The notes: generated by a model from the sequence alone, not told the origin. A stretch of 64,000 nucleotides of DNA from an uncultured Clostridia bacterium (GCA_944384915.1 CALWVH010000135.1:1483-65482), one strand, 5' to 3'; shown: positions 39,543-48,526, counted from the stretch's first letter. Program-made: numbers and translations.

Positions 39543-39694
39543 TGGAATGGCTGATTCTTGCTGTAATTGTATTGTGGGCAGTTGGGGCGGTATTCTGGAT
39601 GCGCCGCCGCAAAAAGCTGGGAAAAGGCTGCTGCGGAGGCTGTTCTGACTGCTCCATGCAGGGAAGCTGCCACGGCAATAAAAAAGCACAATAA
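39542..39694 (+). CDS. FeoB-associated Cys-rich membrane protein (50 aa)
   Basis: It translates MEWLILAVIVLWAVGAVFWMRRRKKLGKGCCGGCSDCSMQGSCHGNKKAQ*. Its start overlaps the feoB stop (TGATG). This is the typical small TM plus Cys-cluster peptide found after feoB. Confidence 0.7.
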   Translation: MEWLILAVIVLWAVGAVFWMRRRKKLGKGCCGGCSDCSMQGSCHGNKKAQ

Positions 39695-39697
39695 ATC

Positions 39698-39730
39698 AGA
39701 AATCCCTCGCCTACATGGCGAGGGATTTCT
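39698..39730 (+). terminator. feo operon terminator hairpin
   Basis: The 14-bp perfect stem is agaaatccctcgcc tacat ggcgagggatttct. Confidence 0.7.
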
Positions 39731-39735
39731 TCACG

Positions 39736-39770
39736 CAAAAAGCGCGGCAGCCTTTTGGCTTACCGCGCTT
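39736..39770 (-). terminator. proS terminator
   Basis: On the minus strand, aagcgcgg...ccgcgctt with an inner agcc/ggct stem is followed by TTTTT. Confidence 0.7.
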
Positions 39771-39788
39771 ATTTTATAACGGATTCTA

Positions 39789-41228
39789 TTAGTACTGACG
39801 GCCCCAGTATACCATATGTTTGGCGGGCTTGCCACAGCATACGCACACATCGTCCAGATGCTCTTCCTCAAAGGGGATGCAGCGGGACTTCACGCCGCCG
39901 GTCTCTTCCTTCAGCTTATCCTCACAGGCACTATCACCGCACCACATAGCCTTGATAAATCCGGGCTTATTAGCAGCAATATCCAGGAACTCTTCATGGG
40001 TATGAGCCACAAAGGTCTTTTCATGGAGGTTTTGAAGGGCGCGCTCGTACATACCGTCATGCACTGCCTGGAGCAACTCGGGGATCTTAGTCTCCAGTTC
40101 ATCCAGAGAAACAAAGATCTTCTCCCGGTTATCACGGCGCACCAGCACGCACTGGTTCTTCTCCAGGTCCTTGGGGCCAATTTCCAGACGCAGCGGCACA
40201 CCCTGCATCTCGTACTGGCTGAACTTCCATCCAGGGGACTGCTCGCTATCATCCAGCTTGATGCGGAACTGCTCACCCAGACGGTCGGCCAGCTCGCGGC
40301 TCTTTTCCAGAACACCCGGCTTATGCTGTGCGATAGGCACAATAACCACCTGAATGGGGGCAATGCGGGGCGGCAGTACCAGGCCGTTATCGTCGCCGTG
40401 GACCATAATGATGGCGCCGATCATACGGGTAGAAACGCCCCAGCTGGTCTGATGCGGAGTCTGAAGAGTATTGTCACGGCCGGTAAAGGCAATACCAAAG
40501 CTCTTGGCAAAACCATCGCCAAAATAGTGGCTGGTACCGCCCTGAAGAGCCACGCCGTTGTGCATCATAGGCTCAATGGTATAAGTGGCCTTAGCGCCGG
40601 CAAACTTCTCTTTCTCTGTCTTTTTGCCAGTGACAGCGGGGATAGCCAGGGTCTCGCGGTAGAAAGCCTCATACAGCTTCAGCATCTGCATGGTCTCTTC
40701 CTCGGCCTCCTCGGCAGTCTCGTGCATGGTGTGGCCTTCCTGCCACAAAAACTCGGAAGAGCGCAGGAAAGGCCGGGTGGTCTTTTCCCAACGAACGACG
40801 CTGCACCACTGGTTGTACAGCTTGGGCAGGTCACGCCAAGACTTGATGACCTTCTGGTAATGCTCGCAGAACAGCACCTCACTGGTAGGACGGACGCACA
40901 GGCGCTCTGTCAGCTCTTCCTGGCCGCCCTGGGTTACCCAAGCCACCTCGGGGGCAAAACCCTCTACGTGATCCTTTTCCCGCTGGAGCAGGCTTTCTGG
41001 GATAAACAGGGGCATATACACATTCTGTACCCCTACCTTTTTAAACCGGGCATCCAGATCCTTCTGGATGTTCTCCCAGATGGCATAGCCATAAGGCTCA
41101 ATGACCATGCAACCCTTCACGCTGGAATAATCCATCAGTTCTGCTTTTTTTACAATATCCGTGTACCATTTGGAGAAGTCCTCGTCCATGGACGTGATAG
41201 CTTCCACCATTTTTTTCTGTTGTGCCAA
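39789..41228 (-). CDS. proS: proline--tRNA ligase (archaeal/eukaryote-like type, no INS editing domain)
   Basis: The 479-aa product starts ...[35 protein letters not shown] and has a C-terminal Zn-binding-like CGDSACE...CVCCG. The start is TTG with AAGGAG 8 nt upstream. Confidence 0.95.
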   Translation of the reverse strand: MAQQKKMVEAITSMDEDFSKWYTDIVKKAELMDYSSVKGCMVIEPYGYAIWENIQKDLDARFKKVGVQNVYMPLFIPESLLQREKDHVEGFAPEVAWVTQGGQEELTERLCVRPTSEVLFCEHYQKVIKSWRDLPKLYNQWCSVVRWEKTTRPFLRSSEFLWQEGHTMHETAEEAEEETMQMLKLYEAFYRETLAIPAVTGKKTEKEKFAGAKATYTIEPMMHNGVALQGGTSHYFGDGFAKSFGIAFTGRDNTLQTPHQTSWGVSTRMIGAIIMVHGDDNGLVLPPRIAPIQVVIVPIAQHKPGVLEKSRELADRLGEQFRIKLDDSEQSPGWKFSQYEMQGVPLRLEIGPKDLEKNQCVLVRRDNREKIFVSLDELETKIPELLQAVHDGMYERALQNLHEKTFVAHTHEEFLDIAANKPGFIKAMWCGDSACEDKLKEETGGVKSRCIPFEEEHLDDVCVCCGKPAKHMVYWGRQY

Positions 41229-41278
41229 AGCGATCGCTCCTTAGCTTTTATAAGATACGAGGGCTTCCCACAAGGGAA

Positions 41279-41470
41279 TTAGTCCTCTTTTTTGTTGCCA
41301 GTAAAACGGTTCAGGCAAAAGATGAGAATGAAGATGAGCACCATTACCACAAAGATGCCCAACATGCCCTTGCCCATAAGCTCCAAGGACTTCATAATGT
41401 CTTCTGTCTGCACCGGACCCAAAGCGCTGTCAAACGCTTTTGCCAGTAAATTCATAACCATCCATTTCAT
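41279..41470 (-). CDS. OadG-family small subunit of Na+-translocating decarboxylase (candidate)
   Basis: The 63-aa product has one TM segment, and GKGMLGIFVVMVLIFILIF resembles the OadG core. It lies immediately downstream of the beta subunit with a 1-nt gap. Confidence 0.5.
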   Translation of the reverse strand: MKWMVMNLLAKAFDSALGPVQTEDIMKSLELMGKGMLGIFVVMVLIFILIFCLNRFTGNKKED

Positions 41471-41471
41471 A

Positions 41472-42611
41472 TTATGACAACCCCCAGATTCCAGCCAGAG
41501 ACAGGATAATACCGCCTGCTACCACAGAGCCAATCTGGCCGGCCACATTGGCGCCCACTGCGTGCATGAGCAGGTGGTTCTGATTGTCTTCCTTCAGCGC
41601 CATTTTTTGGATTACACGGGCGCTCATAGGGAAGGCGGAGATGCCTGCGCCACCCACCATAGGATTGATTTTCTTATCCTTGGGCAGGAACAGGTTCAAA
41701 ATCTTGGCAAACACCACGCCGCCGATGGTATCGAAGATAAACGCCACCAGGCCCAGAGCCATAATCAGCAGGGTGCCCCAGTTGAGGAACATATCTGCCT
41801 GCATCTGGAAGGCAATGGTGATACCCAGGAAAATCGTAATCAGGTTGGCCAGCGGCCCCTGGGCGGTTTGAGAGAGAGTTTCCAGTTTACCGCACTCGCG
41901 GATCAGGTTGCCGAACATAAGGAAGCCCACCAGAGCAACAGAAGAGGGGGCGATCAGGCCGGCAATCAGGGTAACGATAATGGGGAACAGGATCTTGGTG
42001 GTGCGGGAAACAGACTGCGGATTGTAGGGCATCCGGATCTGGCGCTCCTTTCTGGTGGTGACCAGACGGATGGCCATAGGCTGGATAATGGGCACCAATG
42101 CCATATAGGAGTAAGCAGCCACTGCAATCGCACCCATATAATTGCTTTGCAGCTGCTGAGAAACCAGGATCGAGGTGGGACCATCTGCCGCACCGATGAC
42201 ACCGGCACTCATAGCATCCTTCAACGGGAAGCCAAGAAGCACGGCCAGAAGCACGGTAAAGAAAATACCGAACTGGGCAGCGCCGCCAAAGAGCAGCATC
42301 TTGGGGTTGGAAAGCAGGGGACCAAAATCGATCATGGCACCGATGCCGACAAACAGCAGCAACGGGAAAGCTTCAGAAGCCTCAATACCATGCTCAAACA
42401 GCCACTGCACAATCCCGTTTTCTCCCAGCACGCCTGGCAGGGGAAGGTTTACAAGGATTGCGCCGAACCCCATGGGCAGTAGCAGCGCCGGCTCAAAGTC
42501 CTTCTTGATGGCCAGCCAGATGAGCAGGCCTCCGATGAGCCACATGATGAGCATATTCCAGTGCTCGATCATATACATAGCGCCGTCGGTCAGAAATGAA
42601 AAATCACTCAA
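41472..42611 (-). CDS. sodium ion-translocating decarboxylase beta subunit (OadB/GcdB/MmdB family)
   Basis: The 379-aa polytopic product begins LLLPMGFGAILVNLP and is similar to the family throughout, as I recall it. Confidence 0.9.
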   Translation of the reverse strand: MSDFSFLTDGAMYMIEHWNMLIMWLIGGLLIWLAIKKDFEPALLLPMGFGAILVNLPLPGVLGENGIVQWLFEHGIEASEAFPLLLFVGIGAMIDFGPLLSNPKMLLFGGAAQFGIFFTVLLAVLLGFPLKDAMSAGVIGAADGPTSILVSQQLQSNYMGAIAVAAYSYMALVPIIQPMAIRLVTTRKERQIRMPYNPQSVSRTTKILFPIIVTLIAGLIAPSSVALVGFLMFGNLIRECGKLETLSQTAQGPLANLITIFLGITIAFQMQADMFLNWGTLLIMALGLVAFIFDTIGGVVFAKILNLFLPKDKKINPMVGGAGISAFPMSARVIQKMALKEDNQNHLLMHAVGANVAGQIGSVVAGGIILSLAGIWGLS

Positions 42612-42756
42612 CAGGTTTAACTCTCCTTTGTTGATAAAATTAGCGGCTTATGCCGCTGGAATCTTTTTTATTATACCGGTTCAACCCGGAGATTTCAACT
42701 GAAAAAACACAAAGCCGCCGAAAAAGTTTACATTTATACAAATCCTCTCTTATACG

Positions 42757-42800
42757 CAAAAATCCGCTGCGGCTTCCTATACAGAAAGCCAACAGCGGAT
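42757..42800 (-). terminator. acpP terminator
   Basis: On the minus strand, atccgctg...cagcggat with an inner ggctt/aagcc stem is followed by TTTTT. Confidence 0.7.
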
Positions 42801-42819
42801 AACGTCCTACAACAGGAAA

Positions 42820-43047
42820 TCAGGCATGATCCTCGATGTACTTGACCAGCTCACCGACGGTCTTGATGTTCTCAATCTCAGTGTCGGGCACTTCGATCTC
42901 AAACTCATCCTCGATGGACATCAGAAGATCCACCACGTCCAGGGAATCTGCACCCAGATCCTCGCTAATAGTGGTGTCGTTGGTAATAGTGTCTTCCTCT
43001 ACGTCAAACTGCTCGCTGAGGATGGCCTTCACCTTCTCAAATACCAT
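42820..43047 (-). CDS. acpP: acyl carrier protein
   Basis: The 75-aa product has the phosphopantetheine site in LGADSLDVVDLLM. Confidence 0.9.
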   Translation of the reverse strand: MVFEKVKAILSEQFDVEEDTITNDTTISEDLGADSLDVVDLLMSIEDEFEIEVPDTEIENIKTVGELVKYIEDHA

Positions 43048-43314
43048 AATCCGTTTCCTCCTTTACCGTGTAGTATGGATTTTCAGCAGATATCCGTCCT
43101 TCGGCACTGGCGTTGCTCTAGACAAATCCGTGTCGAATATGCTACAATCCAGACAGCCGCTTTTATGGAAACGCGGGTCTGAATCACTCGTTAGGACAGA
43201 TTTTTGATTTCCATATCCAAATATTATTAGCAAATGCTTCCTTTGTCAATATCAAATTAAAAAATACTGACTTTTTTTCCTGTATTTTTTATAAAAAGGG
43301 GATGTTTTTATCTT

Positions 43315-44229
43315 ATGTGTACAGAAACGACTGCTGATTATGCCGTAATTGGCCATCCCATTGGCCATACCATGTCCCCCTTTATTCACCAGAGGCTCTT
43401 CGCTCTTTCTGGGATGCCCCATGTCTCGTACCAAGTTATAGACATTCCACCCGAGCGTTTGGCTTCTTCTATGCCCCTGCTCCGCAGTCTGCGGGGGTTC
43501 AATATTACTATCCCTCATAAAGAAGCTATTATTCCTCTTTTGGATCAATGCAGCCCTCAGGCCCACGCCTTTGGCTCTGTAAATACCGTGTGCACCAAAA
43601 ACGGCATCAGCACCGGCTATACTACCGACGGTATTGGCTGCCTAAAAGCATTAGAAGCCGCGGGGATTTCTCCCGAGGGCCACTGCCTTCTGCTAGGAAG
43701 CGGAGGGGCAGCGCGGGCGGTAGCCTTTGCCCTTACAGACGCCTGTACCTCTCCCCACATTACTTTTGCGGTTCGGGAGGGCAGCCTGCCAAAAGCACTT
43801 CAGCTTTGTGCCTCTCTTTCCCAATATGCTGCTGAGCAGGGCAAAACAGGAAAATATGAAGCCTGCACCTATTCTGTGTTAGAGGGGCTGGCAGGCGTCC
43901 CTTCCGGGGTACCTCTCTTTCACTTGCTGTTGAACTGTACCAGTGTGGGCATGTATCCCCGTATTGATGGCTGTGCCGTATCAGAAAAAATCATCTCCCG
44001 GTGCGGCGCTGTTTTTGATGCTGTCTACAATCCCCATGATACCCGCCTATTAAAGACCGCCCAAGCTCTGGGAATCCCCGCCGTTCACGGCATGGCCATG
44101 TTGGTATGGCAGGCTGCGGCCGCTCACGAGATCTGGGACGGCTCTACTTACCGCCCGGAAGACATGGCACAGCTCACCGAAGATGCCGCCCAGGAAATGG
44201 CCCGCCGGTTCCAGGGAGGGAAAAAATGA
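43315..44229 (+). CDS. aroE: shikimate dehydrogenase
   Basis: It has YAVIGHPIGHTMSPFIHQ and GFNITIPHK, plus the NADP glycine motif LLLGSGGAARAV. Confidence 0.85.
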   Translation: MCTETTADYAVIGHPIGHTMSPFIHQRLFALSGMPHVSYQVIDIPPERLASSMPLLRSLRGFNITIPHKEAIIPLLDQCSPQAHAFGSVNTVCTKNGISTGYTTDGIGCLKALEAAGISPEGHCLLLGSGGAARAVAFALTDACTSPHITFAVREGSLPKALQLCASLSQYAAEQGKTGKYEACTYSVLEGLAGVPSGVPLFHLLLNCTSVGMYPRIDGCAVSEKIISRCGAVFDAVYNPHDTRLLKTAQALGIPAVHGMAMLVWQAAAAHEIWDGSTYRPEDMAQLTEDAAQEMARRFQGGKK

Positions 44230-44744
44230 AACAGAATCTGATTTTATGCGGCTTTATGGGCTGCGGAAAATCCACCATAGGCCGCCGATTGGCTGCTCTT
44301 TCCGGCCGGGAACTGGTGGACATGGACGCTTTTATCCAGCAGGAACAAACCATGACCATTTCGGAAATTTTTTCCCGCTTCGGGGAATCTGCCTTCCGAA
44401 AAATGGAGACAGACGCTGCCCGTGCTCTTTCCCAAAGAGAGGGACTGGTCATTGCCTGCGGAGGCGGCACGGTGTTGAATCCGGAAAACGTAGAGCTGCT
44501 AAAAAAAAGCGGTGTAATCCTTTTGCTGGATGTACCGCTGCCGGCTTTACAGGAGCGGCTAAAAAATGACACCCAGCGTCCCTTGTTGCAACGTCCCGAT
44601 CGTCGGGAATTTATTGAGACTCTTCACGCCCAACGGATGCCCCTATACCGACAGGCTGCCGACTATGTAGTGCCAGCAGGCGCTCCAGGGAATGTGGTGG
44701 CCAAAACCATTTTGAAAATGCTTGGAGAGGAGGAAACATCTTGA
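44226..44744 (+). CDS. aroK: shikimate kinase
   Basis: It has the Walker A motif GFMGCGKSTIGRRLA. It overlaps the aroE stop (ATGA). Confidence 0.85.
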   Translation: MKQNLILCGFMGCGKSTIGRRLAALSGRELVDMDAFIQQEQTMTISEIFSRFGESAFRKMETDAARALSQREGLVIACGGGTVLNPENVELLKKSGVILLLDVPLPALQERLKNDTQRPLLQRPDRREFIETLHAQRMPLYRQAADYVVPAGAPGNVVAKTILKMLGEEETS

Positions 44745-44917
44745 AGGATGTTTGGATCATCGGCGGAGCAGACGGCCCTACTGCTATTTTCGTGACAGGC
44801 CATAAACCTCATAAAAATCACAAAGTCTCGGTCCTTTTCAAAAGCGCCGGCGTTTTTTCCTGCTTGCTTTTGGGTCTAGTATTCCTTCTACGCTGCTTTT
44901 TTAGGAGAGGCAAGTAA
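44741..44917 (+). CDS. small hypothetical protein (58 aa), translationally coupled to aroK
   Basis: The TTG at 44741 overlaps the aroK stop, and GGAGAGGAGG lies 7 nt upstream. It translates (M)KDVWIIGGADGPTAIFVTGHKPHKNHKVSVLFKSAGVFSCLLLGLVFLLRCFFRRGK* and has a C-terminal TM. It is below the ORF-track cutoff. Confidence 0.3.
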   Translation: MKDVWIIGGADGPTAIFVTGHKPHKNHKVSVLFKSAGVFSCLLLGLVFLLRCFFRRGK

Positions 44918-44935
44918 ATTTTTCTAGCCTTTGTC

Positions 44936-45793
44936 TCAAAAGCGGTTTTCCAGCATTTTAAAGCCCGTTTGTGGTACATCTGATTTTGTCCCTGCCAGCC
45001 TCCGGTATTCTCGGGGGCTTTTTCCATACCTTTTTTCAAATACATAACCAAACTGTTGCCGGCTGTTATAGCCGCAGGCAAAAGCAATGTCCGTAATGGT
45101 TTGCCGGGTATTTTTTAGCAGGAATCCAGCTTTCTCCATACGCATGGCATGGACTGCATCCATCACACTGCCTTTTTCATATTGGGCAAACAGAGTTTGT
45201 AAATAGGCGGCACTGATTCCCACAGCCTGTGCTACCTCCCCTACCCGCAATTCTTCTTCATAATGAGCCGAAATATACTCTTTCGCCTTTCGTAAATATC
45301 CAATCCCCGTAGTGGGAAGGGTACTGCACCGGGCGATCTCGATCATCATCCGCTGAAATAGCAGGGAAGTGAGGTAAGGTTCCCCTCCCTCTTCCAGTTC
45401 AACAATCAGGTCCCGCAGAGCTTGTCCGGCACGTACGCTATCGTGTAGAAGCTTTATGGGACGGCTATCTTGAAAAAACGCCCTTACTTCCCGACTTTCT
45501 TGCCATAGCCTTCCCACCTCTAGGCCACTGTCGCCAGTGTAAAACTCCAAATTCATTATCTCACAGGAGGTCTCCACTATCAGGGAATGCTCTACATCTT
45601 CTTCCAAAAAAACCAGTTGTCCCGCCTTCAAGTCAACCTGCTCTTGATTTGTGAAAATCTTGCATTTTCCCGACCGTACGCACATCACCTCACAGCTGTG
45701 ATGCTGGTGGGGTTCCATGGAAAAGCTCTTCCATTTCAGGTTATAATATGCGGAAATCTTCACATTCTCCATATAATTTTTAGAAGATGGCAC
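44936..45793 (-). CDS. AraC family transcriptional regulator (cupin sensor + HTH)
   Basis: It has an N-terminal cupin-like domain and a C-terminal AraC double HTH (ITDIAFACGYNSRQQFGYVFEKRYGKSPREYR). Confidence 0.85.
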   Translation of the reverse strand: MPSSKNYMENVKISAYYNLKWKSFSMEPHQHHSCEVMCVRSGKCKIFTNQEQVDLKAGQLVFLEEDVEHSLIVETSCEIMNLEFYTGDSGLEVGRLWQESREVRAFFQDSRPIKLLHDSVRAGQALRDLIVELEEGGEPYLTSLLFQRMMIEIARCSTLPTTGIGYLRKAKEYISAHYEEELRVGEVAQAVGISAAYLQTLFAQYEKGSVMDAVHAMRMEKAGFLLKNTRQTITDIAFACGYNSRQQFGYVFEKRYGKSPREYRRLAGTKSDVPQTGFKMLENRF

Positions 45794-45969
45794 TGTACTT
45801 CCTCCCGTCTCCCTTTTTTAAAAGCATACCTCTCCAAAAAGAAAAATACAAGGATTTCTTCCATTTTTTCATTTGGTTTTCAATTTATTCCACATCCTAT
45901 TTTTTTAAGGAGTATACTGGGGCTGCACCGGGTAGACCGGTCCAATCAAATTTTCCGGGAGGAATCACC

Positions 45970-47439
45970 ATGAGTTTCAAGCTTGCCATTATCGGTGCAG
46001 GCAGTCTAGTATTTGCCCGCACTCTGTTTACCGACATTATGTCTGTTCCCGAGTTCCGGGACATCGAGATCGCTTTTACGGACATCAACGCCGACAACTT
46101 GGAAAAAGTCACCTACCTGTGCCAGCGAGATCTGGAGGCTAACGGAATCCATACGAAGATCCAATCCACCCTTAACCGCCGGGAAGCCTTCAAAAATGCC
46201 CGCTATATCGTCAACTGCGTGCGGGTCGGCTGTCTGGAGGGATTTGAGAAAGACGTGGAGATTCCTCTAAAATACGGCGTGGACCAATGTGTAGGCGATA
46301 CCCTGTGCACCGGCGGCATCATGTACGGCCAGCGCACCATTGCCGAGCTTTTGAACTTCTGCAAGGATATCCGAGAAGTAGCGGAGCCGGGGGCCATTAT
46401 GCTCAACTACTCCAATCCCAACGCTATGGTCACTTGGGCCTGCAACAAATACGGCGGCGTGCCCACCATCGGCCTTTGCCACGGAGAAATTCACGGAGAG
46501 CACCAAATTGCCGAGGCTCTCCATATCCCTCACGAAGAGCTGGACTTTATCTGTGCCGGCATCAACCACCAAACCTGGTATATTTCTGTCAAACACCACG
46601 GCGTGGAAATGCTGGACCGTATCCGCAATGAGTTCGACAAGGTAGAACAATTTAACCGGCAGGAAAAGGTACGCATCGATATTCTCAAGCGCTTTGGATA
46701 TTACTCCACCGAGTCCAACGGCCATCTTTCCGAATATGTGGCATGGTATCGCAAGCGCCCAGAGGAGATCGAGCGGTGGATCGACACTTCCGACTGGATT
46801 CATGGAGAAACCGGTGGATATCTGCGGGTTACCCGGGAGGAACGGGACTGGTTTGAGACGGACTATCCCAAGATCGTACAGGAACCGCCGAAAAAATATG
46901 ACGGGAGTTGCCGGAGCAAAGAGCACGGCTCCTATATTCTGGAGGCATTGGAGACAGGCCGCCGGTACCGTGGGCATTTCAATGTGATGAACGAGGGGTG
47001 CATTACCAATCTGCCCTTTGAGTGTGTAGTGGAGGTACCCTGCTATGTGGACGGCAACGGCATTTCGGTTCCCAAGGTGGGAGATCTTCCTCTGGGCTGT
47101 GCTGCGGTATGTTCCCAGTCTATCTGGGTGCAGAAGCTGTCAGTAGAAGCAGCTGTTCACGGCGACGTTCAGCTTTTAAAGCAGGCAGCCATGATGGACC
47201 CCCTTACCGGTGCGGTGTGCAATCCCCCGGAAATTTGGCAAATGATCGACGAAATGCTCATTGCCGAGGAGGAGTGGCTCCCTCAATATACGGAGGCCAT
47301 TGCCGCCGCCAAAGAGAATTTTGCAAAAGGAAATCTGATCCCCACCAAAGAGGATTACCGCGGGGCAGTACGTATCCGCCAGAAGACGGTAGCAGAGATT
47401 GAAAAAGAACGGGAAAAGCGGGTTATCACCGCACAATAA
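45970..47439 (+). CDS. glycoside hydrolase family 4 alpha-galactosidase/alpha-glucosidase (MelA-like)
   Basis: It has the NAD-binding N-terminus KLAIIGAGSLVF, and GLCHG and NHQTW motifs. GGGAGG precedes the ATG at 45970. It is divergent from the AraC regulator. Confidence 0.85.
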   Translation: MSFKLAIIGAGSLVFARTLFTDIMSVPEFRDIEIAFTDINADNLEKVTYLCQRDLEANGIHTKIQSTLNRREAFKNARYIVNCVRVGCLEGFEKDVEIPLKYGVDQCVGDTLCTGGIMYGQRTIAELLNFCKDIREVAEPGAIMLNYSNPNAMVTWACNKYGGVPTIGLCHGEIHGEHQIAEALHIPHEELDFICAGINHQTWYISVKHHGVEMLDRIRNEFDKVEQFNRQEKVRIDILKRFGYYSTESNGHLSEYVAWYRKRPEEIERWIDTSDWIHGETGGYLRVTREERDWFETDYPKIVQEPPKKYDGSCRSKEHGSYILEALETGRRYRGHFNVMNEGCITNLPFECVVEVPCYVDGNGISVPKVGDLPLGCAAVCSQSIWVQKLSVEAAVHGDVQLLKQAAMMDPLTGAVCNPPEIWQMIDEMLIAEEEWLPQYTEAIAAAKENFAKGNLIPTKEDYRGAVRIRQKTVAEIEKEREKRVITAQ

Positions 47440-47454
47440 GCGCATACTAATAGA

Positions 47455-47500
47455 AAGCCCGGCCTTGCAGCAGGCAAATCCCTCTGCAAGGCCGGGTTTT
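47455..47500 (+). terminator. GH4 gene terminator
   Basis: The long stem aaagcccggccttgcag...ctgcaaggccgggtttt is followed by T residues. Confidence 0.8.
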
Positions 47501-47525
47501 ACAGGCTGTAATAGCCTTTATGTAT

Positions 47526-48116
47526 TTAGTAATACCGCAACACTGCCACTACTTTTCCCAAAATCATCACGTCCCGGGAATAGATAGGGTCAAAATCTGG
47601 GTTCTCCGGCTGTAAACGGATGCAGTCTTTTTCCCGGTACAACCGCTTTACCGTGGCCTCATCTTCGATCATAGCCACCACGATAGCGCCATCATCGGCG
47701 GTTGGCGTTTTTTCTGCGATCACATAATCCCCATCCAAAATGCCAGCGTTTTTCATGCTCATGCCGTCCACGTGAAGGGCAAACAGCTCTTTACCGGCAG
47801 CATGGTTAGCAGAATAAGGCAGGTATCCCTGGATCTCCTCCACCGCCAAAATAGGCATACCGGCGGTTACACGCCCCAGAATGGGCACCTGCATGGCTTC
47901 TTCAGAACCCTCAATACGGATGGAACGGTTTAATCCCGCCTGCCGGGTAATATAACCTAATTCCTCCAGGGTTCGGAGATGGGCATGGACAGTAGAGGTG
48001 GATTTCAACCCCGTTGCCGCACAAATCTCACGCACTGACGGCGGGATACCGTACTGGGCCTTCTCCTTTAAAAAATCATATATCTTCTGCTGGCTTTTAC
48101 TCAGCTTTTTCATCAC
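47526..48116 (-). CDS. lexA: LexA repressor
   Basis: It has a winged-helix N-terminus (REICAATGLKSTSTVHAHLRTLEELGYI), an AG cleavage region and S24 peptidase Ser/Lys motifs (GMSM...VKRL). Confidence 0.9.
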   Translation of the reverse strand: MMKKLSKSQQKIYDFLKEKAQYGIPPSVREICAATGLKSTSTVHAHLRTLEELGYITRQAGLNRSIRIEGSEEAMQVPILGRVTAGMPILAVEEIQGYLPYSANHAAGKELFALHVDGMSMKNAGILDGDYVIAEKTPTADDGAIVVAMIEDEATVKRLYREKDCIRLQPENPDFDPIYSRDVMILGKVVAVLRYY

Positions 48117-48189
48117 ACAACGCCTCCTGCCGTCAGCTTATGTTTTCTACTCTTTGTATTTACAGTATACCATAAACTGATAAAAAACA

Positions 48190-48204
48190 CGAAACATTTG
48201 TTTG
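48190..48204. promoter_or_regulatory. candidate SOS (LexA) box overlapping the -35 region of the lexA promoter
   Basis: The sequence cgAAACatttGTTTg is AAAC-N4-GTTT, one mismatch per half-site from the Gram-positive GAAC-N4-GTTC. On the minus strand an extended -10 (TGGTATACT) lies at 48164-48172. Confidence 0.45.
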
Positions 48205-48367
48205 AATTTTTTACAAAATTTTTCCGGGAAAATTCAAGATGTATTCACAACATATTAACAAATAATCTGTGCAACTTATCTATAATAAGGTTGTATTCAG
48301 ATGGAGCCGCACCATTCTTGGATACATGTTCTACCCTCCTCAATATACCCCTTAAACGTAAGGAAAG

Positions 48368-48400
48368 GGACCGGAAAGCACACCGGTCCTTTTTCTTTTT
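48368..48400 (+). terminator. orphan terminator-like hairpin in the lexA / M23 intergenic region
   Basis: The hairpin ggaccgg aaagcaca ccggtcc is followed by TTTTTCTTTTTC. No credible CDS lies upstream on the plus strand. Confidence 0.5.
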
Positions 48401-48526
48401 CTTTAAAATAGAATAAAGCGTTTTTTTCAGGCCAAAATAGAAGCGTCCATCTCTATTATTATTCAATGCGCCTGACCTTTGTCGCCGGCAGATCTTCCGG
48501 CAGGGCGCGGAAAGGCCTGATGAATC

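Noticed and set aside
42612-43047. I considered acpP plus oadB as a fragment of a Malonomonas-type Na+-pumping malonate decarboxylase (ACP plus MadB).
   Set aside because: The ACP has the canonical fatty-acid-synthesis DSL phosphopantetheine motif. It is separated from oadB by its own terminator and about 200 nt. No mad/mdc carboxyltransferase or transferase genes are present.
48198-48416. A 72-aa ORF lies in the lexA / M23 intergenic region.
   Set aside because: It has no RBS, runs straight through the terminator-like hairpin, and ends in a poly-Phe stretch encoded by the T-run. The region is more plausibly non-coding.
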